DNA from: Vezdaea acicularis
Taxonomy: Eukaryota
DNA length: 34,923 nt
Assembly (NCBI GenBank): GCA_026025075.1
Contig: JAPEUI010000152.1
Span: 1 to 34,923 of the forward strand
Direction: 5' to 3'
The notes beneath the pieces are model-generated. The model was not told the origin of the DNA, made no database searches, and saw only the letters and a program-made list of their open reading frames with translations. Each line of letters starts with the position of its first letter. The stretch's first letter is position 1. Below, piece by piece: positions 1-11,445 of this stretch. The translations under genes and the position numbers were made by a program.

Positions 1-676
1 AGGGCCTGGACCCAGCCCGAGTGGCCCTCGAGCGTCTGCAGCGATGCTCCCGTGGCCGCGTCCCAGAGCCTGACCGTGCCGTCCCACGATGCCGATGCGA
101 CCAGCTTGCCGTCCGGCGAGAATGCTACGGCCTGGACCCAGCCCGAGTGGCCCTCGAGCGTCTGCAGCGATGCCCCTGTGGCCGCGTCCCAGAGCCTGAC
201 CGTGTCGTCCCCCGATGCCGATGCGACCAGCTTGCCGTCCGGCGAGAATGCTACGGCCTGGACCGGGCCCGAGTGGCCCTCGAGCGTCTGCAGCGATGCC
301 CCCGTGGCCGCGTCCCAGAGCCTGACCGTGCCGTCCCCCGATGCCGATGCGACCAGCTTGCCGTCCGGCGAGAATGCTACGGCCTGGACCGAGCCCGAGT
401 GGCCCTCGAGCGTCTGCAGCGATGCCCCCGTGGCCGCGTCCCAGAGCCTGACCGTGCGGTCGTCTGATGCCGACGCGACCAGCTTGCCGTCCGGCGAGAA
501 TGCTACGGCCTGGACCCAGCGCGAGTGGCCCTCGAGCGTCTGCAGCGATGCCCCCGTGGCCGCGTCCCAGAGCCTGACCGTGCGGTCGTCTGATGCCGAT
601 GCGACCAGCTTGCCGTCCGGCGAGAATGCTACGGCCTTGACCGGGCCCGAGTGGCCCTCGAGCGTCTGCAGCGATG
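1..676 (-). repeat. Near-identical 126 bp tandem repeats encoding 42 aa WD40 units (at least 5 full units plus a partial one)
   Basis: Anchor gagtggccctcgagcgtctgcagcgatg recurs at 19, 145, 271, 397, 523 and 649, an exact 126 bp period. Confidence 0.97.
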
Positions 677-3172
677 AGTTCCACTCTCGTTGCACTTTCG
701 GCAGCCCAGTAATCCAACTAGGGATCTGGTTTTTGAAGAGCATTCGAACCATGCTCATCTTCGGCGCGAAGACGAGGGCAGAGCAATATAGTTGGAGAGG
801 CGCCTCTTCGATAATCGATCGATTATAGAGAGCAAATCTTTTAACATCGTGGATAAATGCATACAGACAAGGAGCCTCACTAGCCTTAATATTACACGTT
901 AGCTTATAATTTCATGTATACACTAACGCCACTTACCGTAACCATACTCTCTAAAGAGATTATCGCAAGAAGACTTTCTGAAGTCTTCCCCATTAAGCTG
1001 AGGGCCTCAAGCCAGTGAAGCAAATGTTCCTGCAAAAACACATGAACTTCTCCATCATCACAAAGTCGAGCCTTGCTCTTCTGAAGATGTTGGACCCAGT
1101 AGAGACATGCGTATTGAATCGACGGTGGAAGGAATAGATTTACTCGAGTGGCTTCTACATCATCCACAAGAGCGCCGGGATGGCGGAGGTCGCAGATGTC
1201 ACGTTTGAGGGTTGACATCAGCCGGATGCAATTTTTGGTTAAAACGCCATGTGCCTGTTTCTCCTTCACCAAGAAGTTTAGATCACTACACCTACGTTTT
1301 TTGAGAAGAAAGTCCCGAAAGGAGGGATGATGTAAACGGATCGGGCGACTTTCCTCCTTCGGAATGTCCAAGATAGCATGAAGATCTTCTAGCGTCTGAC
1401 CAATATATCCTTTAGTAACATCAAGTAACTTGGCTAAAGCGCCAGGGGAAAGGGAAGAGAAGATGACAGCAATACTACCAAGAACATGTCTTAGCATTGT
1501 GTGTAAATCTTCCTTTTCTTGCTCATCATAGACATCGCCGACACTGTTCTTAAGGACAGTAAGATAGAGTTCGTCAAGATACTTTTCCGGAGCAGTAACA
1601 GATCTATCACCCTGCAGGAGAGTGGAAAGACGTGTAGCAGCAAATATTTTTTTACCAGTGCGAATAAAACGGCAGGCAGTTTCTGCCCATATGAACAAAC
1701 CACCAGCATCCTGGATCAGGCGCCTGATGACATGCTCACCGGGCCAACTAGGACCAAGGGAAAGTTCTTGTCCGATACCGTCAAGCTTGTACTTCAAAAA
1801 AGTAGAAATATCGTCATTCGTAATTGCTTGCGTTATGTCGTGAAGCACAAAGTCCCGGTATTCAGCATCTGATATCTGGCAGAAGCTGTATTGAATTGGC
1901 GTTTCGGGTCTGCTTGTCATGAATACTCGTAGCCGAATATTTCTCAATGATCGTATTTCGGCCAGAAGATGGACGATCAACTGGATATCGTTTTCACCGT
2001 CACATTCATCCAAAGCATCAATTACAAGAACGAAAGAGGATTGAAAGGACCTACTATCGAGCTTCGATAGCGGACGAAGGATGATTTTATGCCACTGATC
2101 ACGAAGAGATTGGCTTCCAACGCCAGTGTGGTCCGCAATGGCTTTGCAAATGTGGGGTTTGAGGGACGGCAAATTGCTAGCCAGCTGCGTAGCGATAGTT
2201 GTGAAGAACCTGCTGGCTTGACGAGCATCTCCGTCATCTTTGGAGAAGAAAAAACTTGCTCCTAGACGTTTTTGTTTGTCGTATGTCTGTGCTACCGTTC
2301 GGGCAATGGTAGACTTTCCTGTGCCAGCCCAACCCCTCAGCCAGAAGATACATCTCTCGTCTTTACCACTAGCCCAAGCCTCTATCTCTTGTAGGATATC
2401 GACGCGGGTGTTCGGTAGGCAAAGAGGGTCGTGCCGCCTGTCGTAAGAGTTGAAAGCGGCCTGGACCGCGATCGGCAATTTGTCCAGGCATCGTTGTTGA
2501 TCTTCAATATCCCGCTGTTGCCGTTAGGAGACGATTGATTACAATGTCAGATATGCTATGGAGGAGTCTTACTATCTCATCACGAGTAATTTTATGCTGA
2601 AAGACGTCTTCCTGTTTGATGATAGCATCCAAGACTTTATTGGTTATCAGATCGAGGTCTTGAAGTCGATTCAAATGCTCTAGCCTGAATTGAGAGAAGT
2701 TTTCCCTGTGTCGCATCAATAGCTAGTACCGCTAATCGAGTGTTGAGCATATACACCTTAAGTCTGCAGTCAGATGCAAGTTCAACTCATCCCTAAACCC
2801 TGCGAGCTGTTGATCCAATTTCATTATTTTCTCCTTGCTCCAGACACTTTGCAATGCTTTCCTCAAGCTCTTCCATTTCTGTTGCCCGCTTTTCAACTTG
2901 ACTTTATCCAACGCCATCAGCAATTCATTCGCCACAGTATTGCATGATGCGCAGAGACGCTCAAGCGCTGCATCACTACTAGCATTAGTGGTATCTTCAA
3001 GACTTTTATTCAATGTAAGCAAATGCTTTGTTATGGTTTCAATATCGATGTTCTCTGCGAGGGCACCTTCGCTCGACCGATAAAGCTCAGTCGACTTTGA
3101 GATGAGTTTGCCGCTAAAGTCGATGAACTGAACGATATTTCCAACAAGGCCGATGATAGCAAGGGCCTCCAT
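1..3172 (-). CDS. Fungal NLR of the NWD/HET-E type: SesA/HeLo-like N-terminal helical domain + NACHT NTPase + WD40 repeats; 3' end lies outside the window
   Basis: Exons 3172-2757, 2705-2573, 2514-937 and 884-<1, joined in frame by GT..AG introns 2756-2706, 2572-2515 and 936-885. N-terminus [25 protein letters not shown]; Walker [15 protein letters not shown]; Walker [15 protein letters not shown] motifs TSRPE and GLFIWA; WD repeats [40 protein letters not shown]. Confidence 0.95.
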
Positions 3173-3882
3173 TATGATATAGTAAGACCGAAGGAGGGAG
3201 GGAGTCTTGCATCAATTTGAGACCAGCGGATACACATTGACTACAATGATGAAGATATAATGCTTTAAGGCTAACATGTATTTACGGGCATGCCACGTTA
3301 AGTGTAGCGGACGCTGAGGCTGTGGCTTTTTCAATCTTCAAAGCCATAGCTCGAACTGGAATAACAGTTTAATTACGACCCTAGTTTCCTACAATTCGAT
3401 CCAAATCGAGCAAAGTAAGGCCAGCCGAAAATGGAAATGGGATTCAAGGAATACAATATGTATTTATGGTGGTATGGGCTCAAGTGGTGTCTACGCTTGA
3501 ATCAAGAGAAACAAGGAGCGGCACACAACTCACTAAGTAGCAGTCACTTTGCCGACAATCCTATTCTGTCTGTAATGCTGGGATTGCCCGACATTACAGC
3601 TCCATTGAACAAAGCTAAGCGTCATCTGATCGTTGGACAAACATCTACTTATACAGATGGTTATCCCACTCAGATCGTCTCTGTAGTTTCACTCATTCTT
3701 TACGATACACACAGCAGAACAAATCTGGCATGTACAAGGAACAGTCTCGCCTCCTGTTGTCAATCTCACACCGGTGGAACGATCAGCACAACTTAGTCAG
3801 TTGAGAACCTGTGGTCTAAAGAGAAACTTGAATACTTCATCACCTCCTAACGAACACAGTAGACCTACAGAAATACCAACCT

Positions 3883-5106
3883 CTAGCTTAACAATTTCAG
3901 CCCGCCAAACCCCATACCTTTCATCTCCTCCTGCACATACTCTACCACGCGCCTAAAAGTTTCCTTCCCTCCATCACAAGCACCACTCTCAAGATGCTGT
4001 GCTAGCCCACTCACAGTCGAGAATTGCCTAACAGCCTTCCCTTTGCTCCCCTCGCCCATCAAGGCACGTGGGCAATGGAATGATATCTCATTGGGTACTG
4101 GTAAGCACAAGGACACAGATGCTTGAGCGTGGATGCGTGACGACAGATGTTGCTGAAGTGCGCTATGCTTGAATGTACGAGTACAGGACGGAGGGCAAAG
4201 GGGACATGTTTGATAGCCACTCTGAGTGCGAGGCCGGAGGGTAAGCGCAGAGTGGAAGTTCGTGCTAGTTGAAAGAGTAGATGTAGGTGTAAGGATCGCG
4301 GAGGGTGGATAAGAGTCGAGGAATTCAGTCGAGGTTGGAGTAAGTATTGGACTCCAAATCTGCGATGTCGAAGTTGCAGACGGGTTGTCCTGTAGCAGCC
4401 ACAGTGCCATGACTCCTCCTGATGTTATAATCTGTTCTATATCATTTGCTGCAATAGCTGCATTCAGTTTCGTCTTCGTCGTCCCTGAGACACATCTCCC
4501 AGCCTCCAAATGTTGCAACTGTGCCGACGGGCAATTAAACTGCTTCTTACACTCCTCGTCTGCTATACACTTAATGTTGCTCAGCGGATTATGCCGTACT
4601 GACGTTAAATGCCGTCCTAGCGCATTATGATTCTTGAAAATCCTTTTGCATTTCTTGCACTTCGTTTGCTGATTGTCTTCCTCTTGTTGTTTTTGTTTCT
4701 TCGTCTTCTTGTTGCTCCCCTTCCCTAATCCGTGTACCTTGCTACAACGAAGATGATCTGCAAGTGCCCCTTGACTTTTGAAATCGCGCTCGCAGTCGCA
4801 GCACCGAAATTGTGTCGCGAAAGATGGTGTTATTGCTAGGACGGGGGCGTGCGATTGTATGTGAAGTGCGTGTAGCCGTCTCGTAGGAGAGAAGATGTCG
4901 CATTTGTAGCAGTAGGCATGCAGGCTCTCACGCTGGTGGGCTTCAAGGGATGGTTTGTGTGTGAAGCGCTGCCTGCATTCGGGACAAGAGTATCTGTCAA
5001 TGGACGGCAGGCGAGCTTCGAGCAGCACTTCAAAGCTGTCAGAGAGATCGCAGCGGGGGCAGGGACAGTGCTTGGTGGATTTTTGGTGTTGGATCAGAGA
5101 GGGCAT
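3883..5106 (-). CDS. Multi-C2H2 zinc-finger protein (407 aa, intronless ORF)
   Basis: Repeated CxxC..H..H units (CPECRQRFTHKPSLEAHQRESLH; CCDCERDFKSQGALADHLRCSKVH; CKKCKRIFKNHNALGRHLTSVRH) and two HLEAG/HLESG-C motifs seen in fungal C2H2 proteins. Confidence 0.88.
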   Translation of the reverse strand: MPSLIQHQKSTKHCPCPRCDLSDSFEVLLEARLPSIDRYSCPECRQRFTHKPSLEAHQRESLHAYCYKCDIFSPTRRLHALHIQSHAPVLAITPSFATQFRCCDCERDFKSQGALADHLRCSKVHGLGKGSNKKTKKQKQQEEDNQQTKCKKCKRIFKNHNALGRHLTSVRHNPLSNIKCIADEECKKQFNCPSAQLQHLEAGRCVSGTTKTKLNAAIAANDIEQIITSGGVMALWLLQDNPSATSTSQIWSPILTPTSTEFLDSYPPSAILTPTSTLSTSTNFHSALTLRPRTQSGYQTCPLCPPSCTRTFKHSALQQHLSSRIHAQASVSLCLPVPNEISFHCPRALMGEGSKGKAVRQFSTVSGLAQHLESGACDGGKETFRRVVEYVQEEMKGMGFGGLKLLS

Positions 5107-5310
5107 AGTGGTGGTGGTGAGAGAGACTGAGTGGGGGAAGTGAGGGATATTCAGGATAGGTATGGCAGGATTGCGGGGTAAGCAACGTCTGTGTCTGTCA
5201 TTGGCGGGTTCTTATCTCAGATTCGCCTTAGGCGACCATAAAACTAACTAAGGCAATTGATGAGTAATATTGCCAGCATTTGCAGCGCGATTTGAGTTGG
5301 CATTTGATAT

Positions 5311-5422
5311 CTCCTCGCTCAGACAGTTCTCCTCGCCCAGACAGTTCTCCTCGCCCAGACAGTTCTCCTCGTCCAGACAGTTCTCCTCGTCCAGACAGTT
5401 CTTGTCATCGAGACAATTCTCC
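5311..5422. repeat. 18 bp minisatellite (cagacagttctcctcgYc), about 5-6 copies, degenerating to the right
   Basis: Directly visible. The minus strand reads as a 6-codon repeat, (D/G)EENCL. Confidence 0.85.
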
Positions 5423-6735
5423 TAGTCAAGAAAGCTGTTAGTTACTATTACAGTTGTCGTCATCAACACAGTCGTTGTTTGAACAGTTGTTATTTTGCTC
5501 AAGCAGTTATCGTGAGGCATATGTTACATTTAGTAGTCTATATGTAACGCATACCTAAACCAATCTTTCATCATCCCTTCAGATCATAGCATCTATATCC
5601 TCATATGCTTGGACAATTGTTATCTAGTCAAAACTGACGATTGGTTGATCAAGCAACTTGCTTAATGAGCAGTTTTGTGGTGCCAGTAGCAAATTCTGTG
5701 GTGCAAATTCACACTTGAAAAGCTTGTTGGATCTCCTATCGAACGCCTCTCTGGGTCAGTATACTTTCTAGATAAGCTGCACCTGCTTTCACCTGATGAG
5801 CTGCAATTTTGTGGTATTCATCATGAAAGTTTAGTAATTTAATTGCCAGTCTAATGAAGTATTTTCGATTGGTGATTGGTGATCGTTCTTCTAAGTCGTT
5901 ACCATGATAGTGGTGATTGCGTACTGTCTCTATGATGTTATCGACATGAGATCTTCATGTCATTGGTCTTTTCTCTGATTTAGACTTCTTAGTTTCTATG
6001 CGATCTCTTTACTGGCCAAGAGGAGTGGGTCAGCGGTGATATCTGCAGCCGCCAGCTCTCCTGCATTCTCAATTCTAATTCTCCCAAACCGGTCTCCCAA
6101 GTTGTCCTCCTTGAGCGAGCTGGGGGTTTTTTTGGATGGGATGATTCATCCGCTGGTTCTTCATTTTAGTTGCTGTTGATCCAGTCATTAGAGCTTGATA
6201 GTCCTTTACAACCCCTAAAAACAGAGTGGTGATAGCGGACTGTCTTGCGTCTTTTCAATCCCGTCTCCTGCTAAGTTGGATCTATCCTTTGCGTAATAGC
6301 GTTCCAAGTGACGCTCGACTATCAACATAGAAGTAGGGAGTAATAGGTGTAATTCATCGCAACCACAATACGCAGACTTTGGCCAGATCCGCGTTAAGTT
6401 TAATGGTACGGGATGGAAAGCGTAATAAGCAGATAATGAGAAAATTGCATTAGGCGCAAAGATAAGTTGAGATTTGACGTCAACCTAAATGAAAGTTTCT
6501 GATGTGGGGAGGTCGGGCAAAAAATTGTACTATCAAAAACAAGAAGCGACAAAAATTTGAGGCTTCTGATCGTTCATCTCATCACCGCTTTCTTCACCAT
6601 CACTTACCTCACTTCTCTCTGCAGCTCTCGGTTAATGTTGGGAATAGTGGTGCTACTATTGGCGGATTCTTGATCTTCTTGAGATATTTGGTGCTCATTC
6701 AGCTCTTAGGTGCTCAAATTACGCATCTCAACAAG

Positions 6736-9224
6736 ATGCCTGACGGCGATGGGTCCAGGGCAATTCTTGCAAATTGTGATTCGGATTTCACGCCACTTCG
6801 AGACATGAATCACGAATGTCAATTCTCGAGTACGATGAGTTACTCAGAGCTAATTAGTTGGATCACCACTTCTTTCTCTTTAAAGGAGTTAGAGCATCAA
6901 GTTTCACGCATAACCGTTGATCAAATAAACGCATATGGAGAGAAAGAGTCGATTATCGTGGAAGATGATGAAGATTGGGCCAACGCGATTGATCCGCAAT
7001 TTTCAAAAACAGCTAGCTTAATCCGTGTTCAATTTCGTGTAGAGCCAGCTACTCAAGATATTGGCAGGCGACATTGTACACCTCTCGATGATGCTCTACA
7101 ACAGAGAGATTCAACCAGCAAAGTAACATTGCCTGGCTCATTTCCTTTGTTATCTCAGGCAGCGGGAGATCCACAAAAAGTGTTTCAAAGAAGAACAAAA
7201 GAGGAACAGACCCAAATGCTCCAATATGTGGTTTACTTAGCTGAAAGAAATCCAGGGATCACCAATCAAAGCAATTCTGGGGACAAGCGCGGGGAGACGG
7301 ATCTCACCTATCAAATGTGCATGAAGTTTCTCGATAACAAGAAGCTTCAGCGCTTGCGCGATCGCACTGCAGCTGTGGAAGCAATCACCCGTAGGCTCAA
7401 CTTATACGGCACTTCTAACATCAAGCAAACCATAGTCTACCGTCTTCCTCCACAGCGCCATCGCCCCAATGGAGAGGTGGTGTTCGGAAATGAACACAAA
7501 GCTCATCAGCAGACGTTTCTTGCTTGGGCGCTCTGGATGGAAGAGAGCATTCAGTGCGGAATTTGTGCAGACTATATGGGACTGGGCAAAACGCACGAAT
7601 GGCTTTCTCTCATCGTGGCTGGTACCGATTTCTGGGAGCAACGAGCTACAGGGGGTGCTACACTGGTGGTTGTGCCAAATAACCAAGGTAAAGAAGCCTA
7701 TGATATTGCTCAAAATCAACTTGGAGAAGGGTTCAACGTTATGCGATATGGTATAGGTGGAGGAGTAAGCCATTCGAGATGCGTCAAAAAGATCATGTTG
7801 ACGCCTAAAGATGAGCATTTTGCGGATCCGATCAAACGACGCCGACCTCCCGTCAAAGTGGTACTGAGCATTCTGGACGGAATGAAGAGCAAGGAGAGAG
7901 AAGCTACGCTCAACGGCCTGTCATAGCTACTAATCTATCAAAGAAGCAAGAACGTGATGCCTCAGGAACTGAAGGCTCAGTGCAGGAGTTGAATCATTCA
8001 GATTGTCCTCAACGATTGCAGGCTAGCAGACTATCCGACGTTCCGGAAACCATGATTTCATCTCTAGCCAATCCAATAGAAAATGAGCAAAAGGAAGTCA
8101 GTTCAGCATCTAATGCAATTCGCGTATCTAAAATCGTGGAAACCTGCCCTCGAGTTTTTAGCTCGGCGTTAACCATCAACCGAAAGCCACTTCCTCAAAC
8201 TACTCAGGTCATCACAAAACTGCCATTCTCAGTAGATTCTACTTCCGCCCGTGTCTTCATTGAGAAAGATGCTAAGAAAGAATTCAATGATTCTACAAAT
8301 ACCTCTGCATCATCTACAGCACCCATGCCGTCACAACACGACAATCACACACCGAGCGCAATTCCCAAGTTCAAGCTGAAGATACGGCCGGAGCAGACCA
8401 GATCCGCTCCCGCAGCCCCTGAGCTCTGGCCATGAAACTACAATGAAAACTATCCATGGATAGAAGCATCGTCCGAGCTTGACGTTCGGCTGTCTGAACC
8501 AAAGCCATTCCCGGTCAAAACTAGCCGTCCTCCATGATTCAAGCTCAAAATCAAGCGACCTTTGGCTTTGACGCAGAGTACTGATTTAATTGGCCAAGAA
8601 AAGACTCCCCCCAAGCGTGGCACTCATCTATCATCTTCCTCGCGGGCACCGAGTTCTGTCTCGCCTTCGCAGGCAGAGGATGTTTTTATTTCCCCAACCA
8701 AAGTTGCTGCACAGTCAAAGTTCCTAGAGAGTCTACGGCAGAGGTTGGGCCTCTCCAATAGTCCACGAGAGTTCCAGGAGAGCCTTGTACAGAAGAATTG
8801 GGGCAGCAGCGAGCCGGCGCTCCAGACCATTAGGGCCATGATGCGGAGCGATCTAGCTGAGCTGCCTGTTCGTACCTCGACGGGCCAGCCACCCAGTTTC
8901 TTTTCAGATGAGAGTTCCCAGGTTGAGCCACGGTTAAGTTTCCGGAAGCGACTTTCGCAGTTCAGGCCTCGCCTGCCACCTGCTCGCGCGCGGAAGTCCT
9001 GGATTCCGATGGAAGATATCCGCCCGGTCAGGGAAGAAAATGTGGCTAGCCTTGCCACAAGGCCAACTACTTCTGAAACGGAGCCCAAACGTTTACCTCG
9101 AAAGGAGAGGACAGAATTCCAACATCCTTCCACCGGCTTTCTAGCGAAATTGCGAAGGTGGTTGGCAAAGGGCAAGGAGAAGATTCGAGGATGGAAAGCG
9201 AGTATGAGTCGGAGGGGGGCCTAG
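6736..9224 (+). pseudogene. Disrupted long gene with a truncated SNF2-like ATPase N-terminal fragment and a low-complexity Pro/Ser/Arg tail
   Basis: GICADYMGLGKT resembles SNF2 motif I and ATLVVVP resembles motif Ia; no DExH or later motifs. ORFs 7980-8435 and 8562-9224 share one frame, broken by TGA at 8433 and 8535, and that frame stays open back across the 7926 stop (apparent frameshift). Start at 6736 is a guess. Confidence 0.6.
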
Positions 9225-9772
9225 AGGGAGAGCATTCGGAACCAGCAGCTTTGTGCAAAAGAGGACTGATGTCGAGGCTCAAGATCTCTCCGGCGCTTTA
9301 CAATGTGGTCTTGTTACTAATAATAAAAGTTCGGATAGATTGCGGGGCTTGAGCGTGGCTTGAGCGTACGTCGGTGGATGTTCCGTTCACCGGAATGGTC
9401 TAACTCATGTTCAAGAGAAACTCAAGGCATGGTAATGTGCACGAGACTCTCAAGGCCATGCAATGCGATGACGTTTATAGTACCTTACCTTTACAGTGGC
9501 TCTTGTGCCTAAACACTTAATTCTTAATTCAAGAACACCTCGCCCACAAATTGTGGAAGATTGCCATTGCCCCCAGTATGCCTTCGTCTGCCCATCACTA
9601 GTCGATATGGCACGCAGCATGCCTATCTGTTAGTAGAAGCATTCCATCTGTTCCTTTTAGTCGCTCGTTATATACAGAAGTCTCACAGTCGGCTTCACCA
9701 CAAGACCACCACGGCACACTCACTCCATTCAAACAATCGTTCTTGCTTTACGCCGCCCAAGCATCCCTCGTC

Positions 9773-10450
9773 ATGTCGTCTGTCCATCCCAACGTCTCGA
9801 CCTCTAATATTGTCCCTATCCTACAGCGCACTTTATCCAAGCTCCCTTCGCTCTCGCCCACCAACAGCTGCTGATGCAAACGCATCTCCAAGAAGAGAGC
9901 GCGACGGGCGCAGCATCTACGTGCCATCTCCGAGACCCATTTGCTCTATCACCAAAACCACCACTTCTGGGAGTCCACGAGGAGCCTAGGCTATTTCGAA
10001 AGCAGCTATAACGCTCACCCCGCCCACAACAGCACCGGGCAGCTCTACGGCCTCTCCAACGACTCGGGAATGGGCACGGAGAGAAATCCCTCCTGCGAGG
10101 CGCACGGGGCTGCCAGTTCCGACGATGACTCGGAGGACGGAATCCAAGTGGCTGAGACGCTGCCAAGGTCTGTCTCGGGAGCCAGTGACGGGAAGCGGGA
10201 GGCTGGGTGCAAAGAAGTGGACGCCAAGGGGAAGAAGAGCGTGTATGACCATGCGCGTGAGGTCAAGGGCTTTGCCCAGCGGCAGTTGGGTAAGTGCGAC
10301 TCTTGCCTGGAAAAGTGGTGGCAGAGGAAGGACAAGGTCAAGGAGAGGGAAGAGGTGGCCGAAGAGAGGGAAGGCAAGAAGAAGTGGGGCGTGTTTGGAA
10401 AGAAGCGGCAGAGTATCGTGCCCGCGGAGACGAGAGCGGTTATTGATTAA
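9773..10450 (+). pseudogene. Small hypothetical protein gene with one in-frame TGA at 9872
   Basis: ATG at 9773 is in frame with ORF 9941-10450 and has coding-like composition; a single TGA interrupts a basic stretch (SC*CKRISKKRARR). Confidence 0.5.
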
Positions 10451-10585
10451 TAAGGGGAAAGGTAGATCTCCACGTACAAACGGGCAATACAGTCGTCCAG
10501 CATTTCGTTTTTATCTCGGTCAGCGAGATGGGTTAAGAGCAAATGTGAAAATGGTAACAAAGAGTATTGGTACAGCCTTATTTTC

Positions 10586-11445
10586 CTACTTCTTCCCGCT
10601 CACCCATCCCTCCACGCCTCCCCTTGCGCCTTCAACGCCCTGCTCAATCTTCTTCTTGCCCAGCTCCGCGTGAACCTTGCCGAACCGCCATGCCTCTTGC
10701 AAGAAGCCTCGGGTATACAAATGCGCATTCCTGACGGCTGGCACCTTTTCCTCATAAGTCCAGACTAGATCTCCAACATTGCGACTGGTGATTGGGAGCA
10801 CTATCCACCCGACGGTGATCCCAGCGGCGAGGGGCACGGAGAAGCGAAGGAGGATGTTGCGATTCCGTGTGAGGATGCTGCCAGCCATTGCTGACACTAG
10901 GACGTAGATTGACCCCGGTAAGACTTTCTCGGAAGAGCCCTTGGACGGTGCAAGAGATGCGATGGTGCTTGTGAAGGAGTTTTCGAGGTGAAACCCTTGC
11001 GTGAGAAGATTGTTGAGCTTGTCCTCGCCTGTAGAGACGGCTCTCTGAAGAGACAGTCGGGCCGCCCGAACATGTTTTTCTAGGCGGTCTGTCGGAGTCG
11101 GGTTTGAGACGGATTGAGAGGAGCTTGGATGGGCGGCTTTGGAGGTCGGCTTTGGATCTGCTTTCACGGCTGAATCGGCGGCGGCTTTCAGAGCGGCTTT
11201 CGAAGCGGCCGAGGGAAGCATTCCCACGTCATCATATATCGGCTTCTTCAAGTACTTTGGAGAGGAATCAGGTGCCTCGGCGTATGCGGTTCTGGAGGAA
11301 AAGAGAGCAATGCCGGCGGCCAGTGCAGTGGCTGCGACTGGGACCACTGAGCGCTGCACATGTGTTAGCCCTTCGCTGTGGATAGTCGCCGGCTGTTCAT
11401 CAGGAGGCGACGGTGGTGTCAAGGAAAGATCTTACCTGCCGCAGC
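10586..11445 (-). CDS. MIC26: MICOS subunit Mic26/Mic27 (apolipoprotein O family), apparently lacking its start codon region
   Basis: Motifs KKPIYDD, TPTDRL..VRAARL, LENSFTSTIASLAP, LPGSIYVLVSAMAGSILTRNRNILLR and NVGDLVWTYE. Intron from a GTAAGA donor at 11435 to GCTAAC..TGCAG near 11354. The upstream exon frame (..ALRQ) meets a TGA within six codons with no ATG. Confidence 0.85.

Noticed and set aside
1..676. Regular repeat array as a CRISPR
   Set aside because: Contiguous 126 bp coding repeats with no unique spacers, in a eukaryotic gene.
21..828. Plus-strand repetitive ORFs 21-467 and 52-828
   Set aside because: Antisense shadows of the minus-strand WD40 repeats.
3431..3796. 121 aa ORF
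   Set aside because: No recognisable motif; lies between the NLR promoter and the zinc-finger 3' end, so probably spurious.
6502..6735. N-terminal extension of the 474 aa ORF
   Set aside because: Reads like promoter or 5'-UTR sequence (pyrimidine-rich); the ATG at 6736 is the more plausible start.
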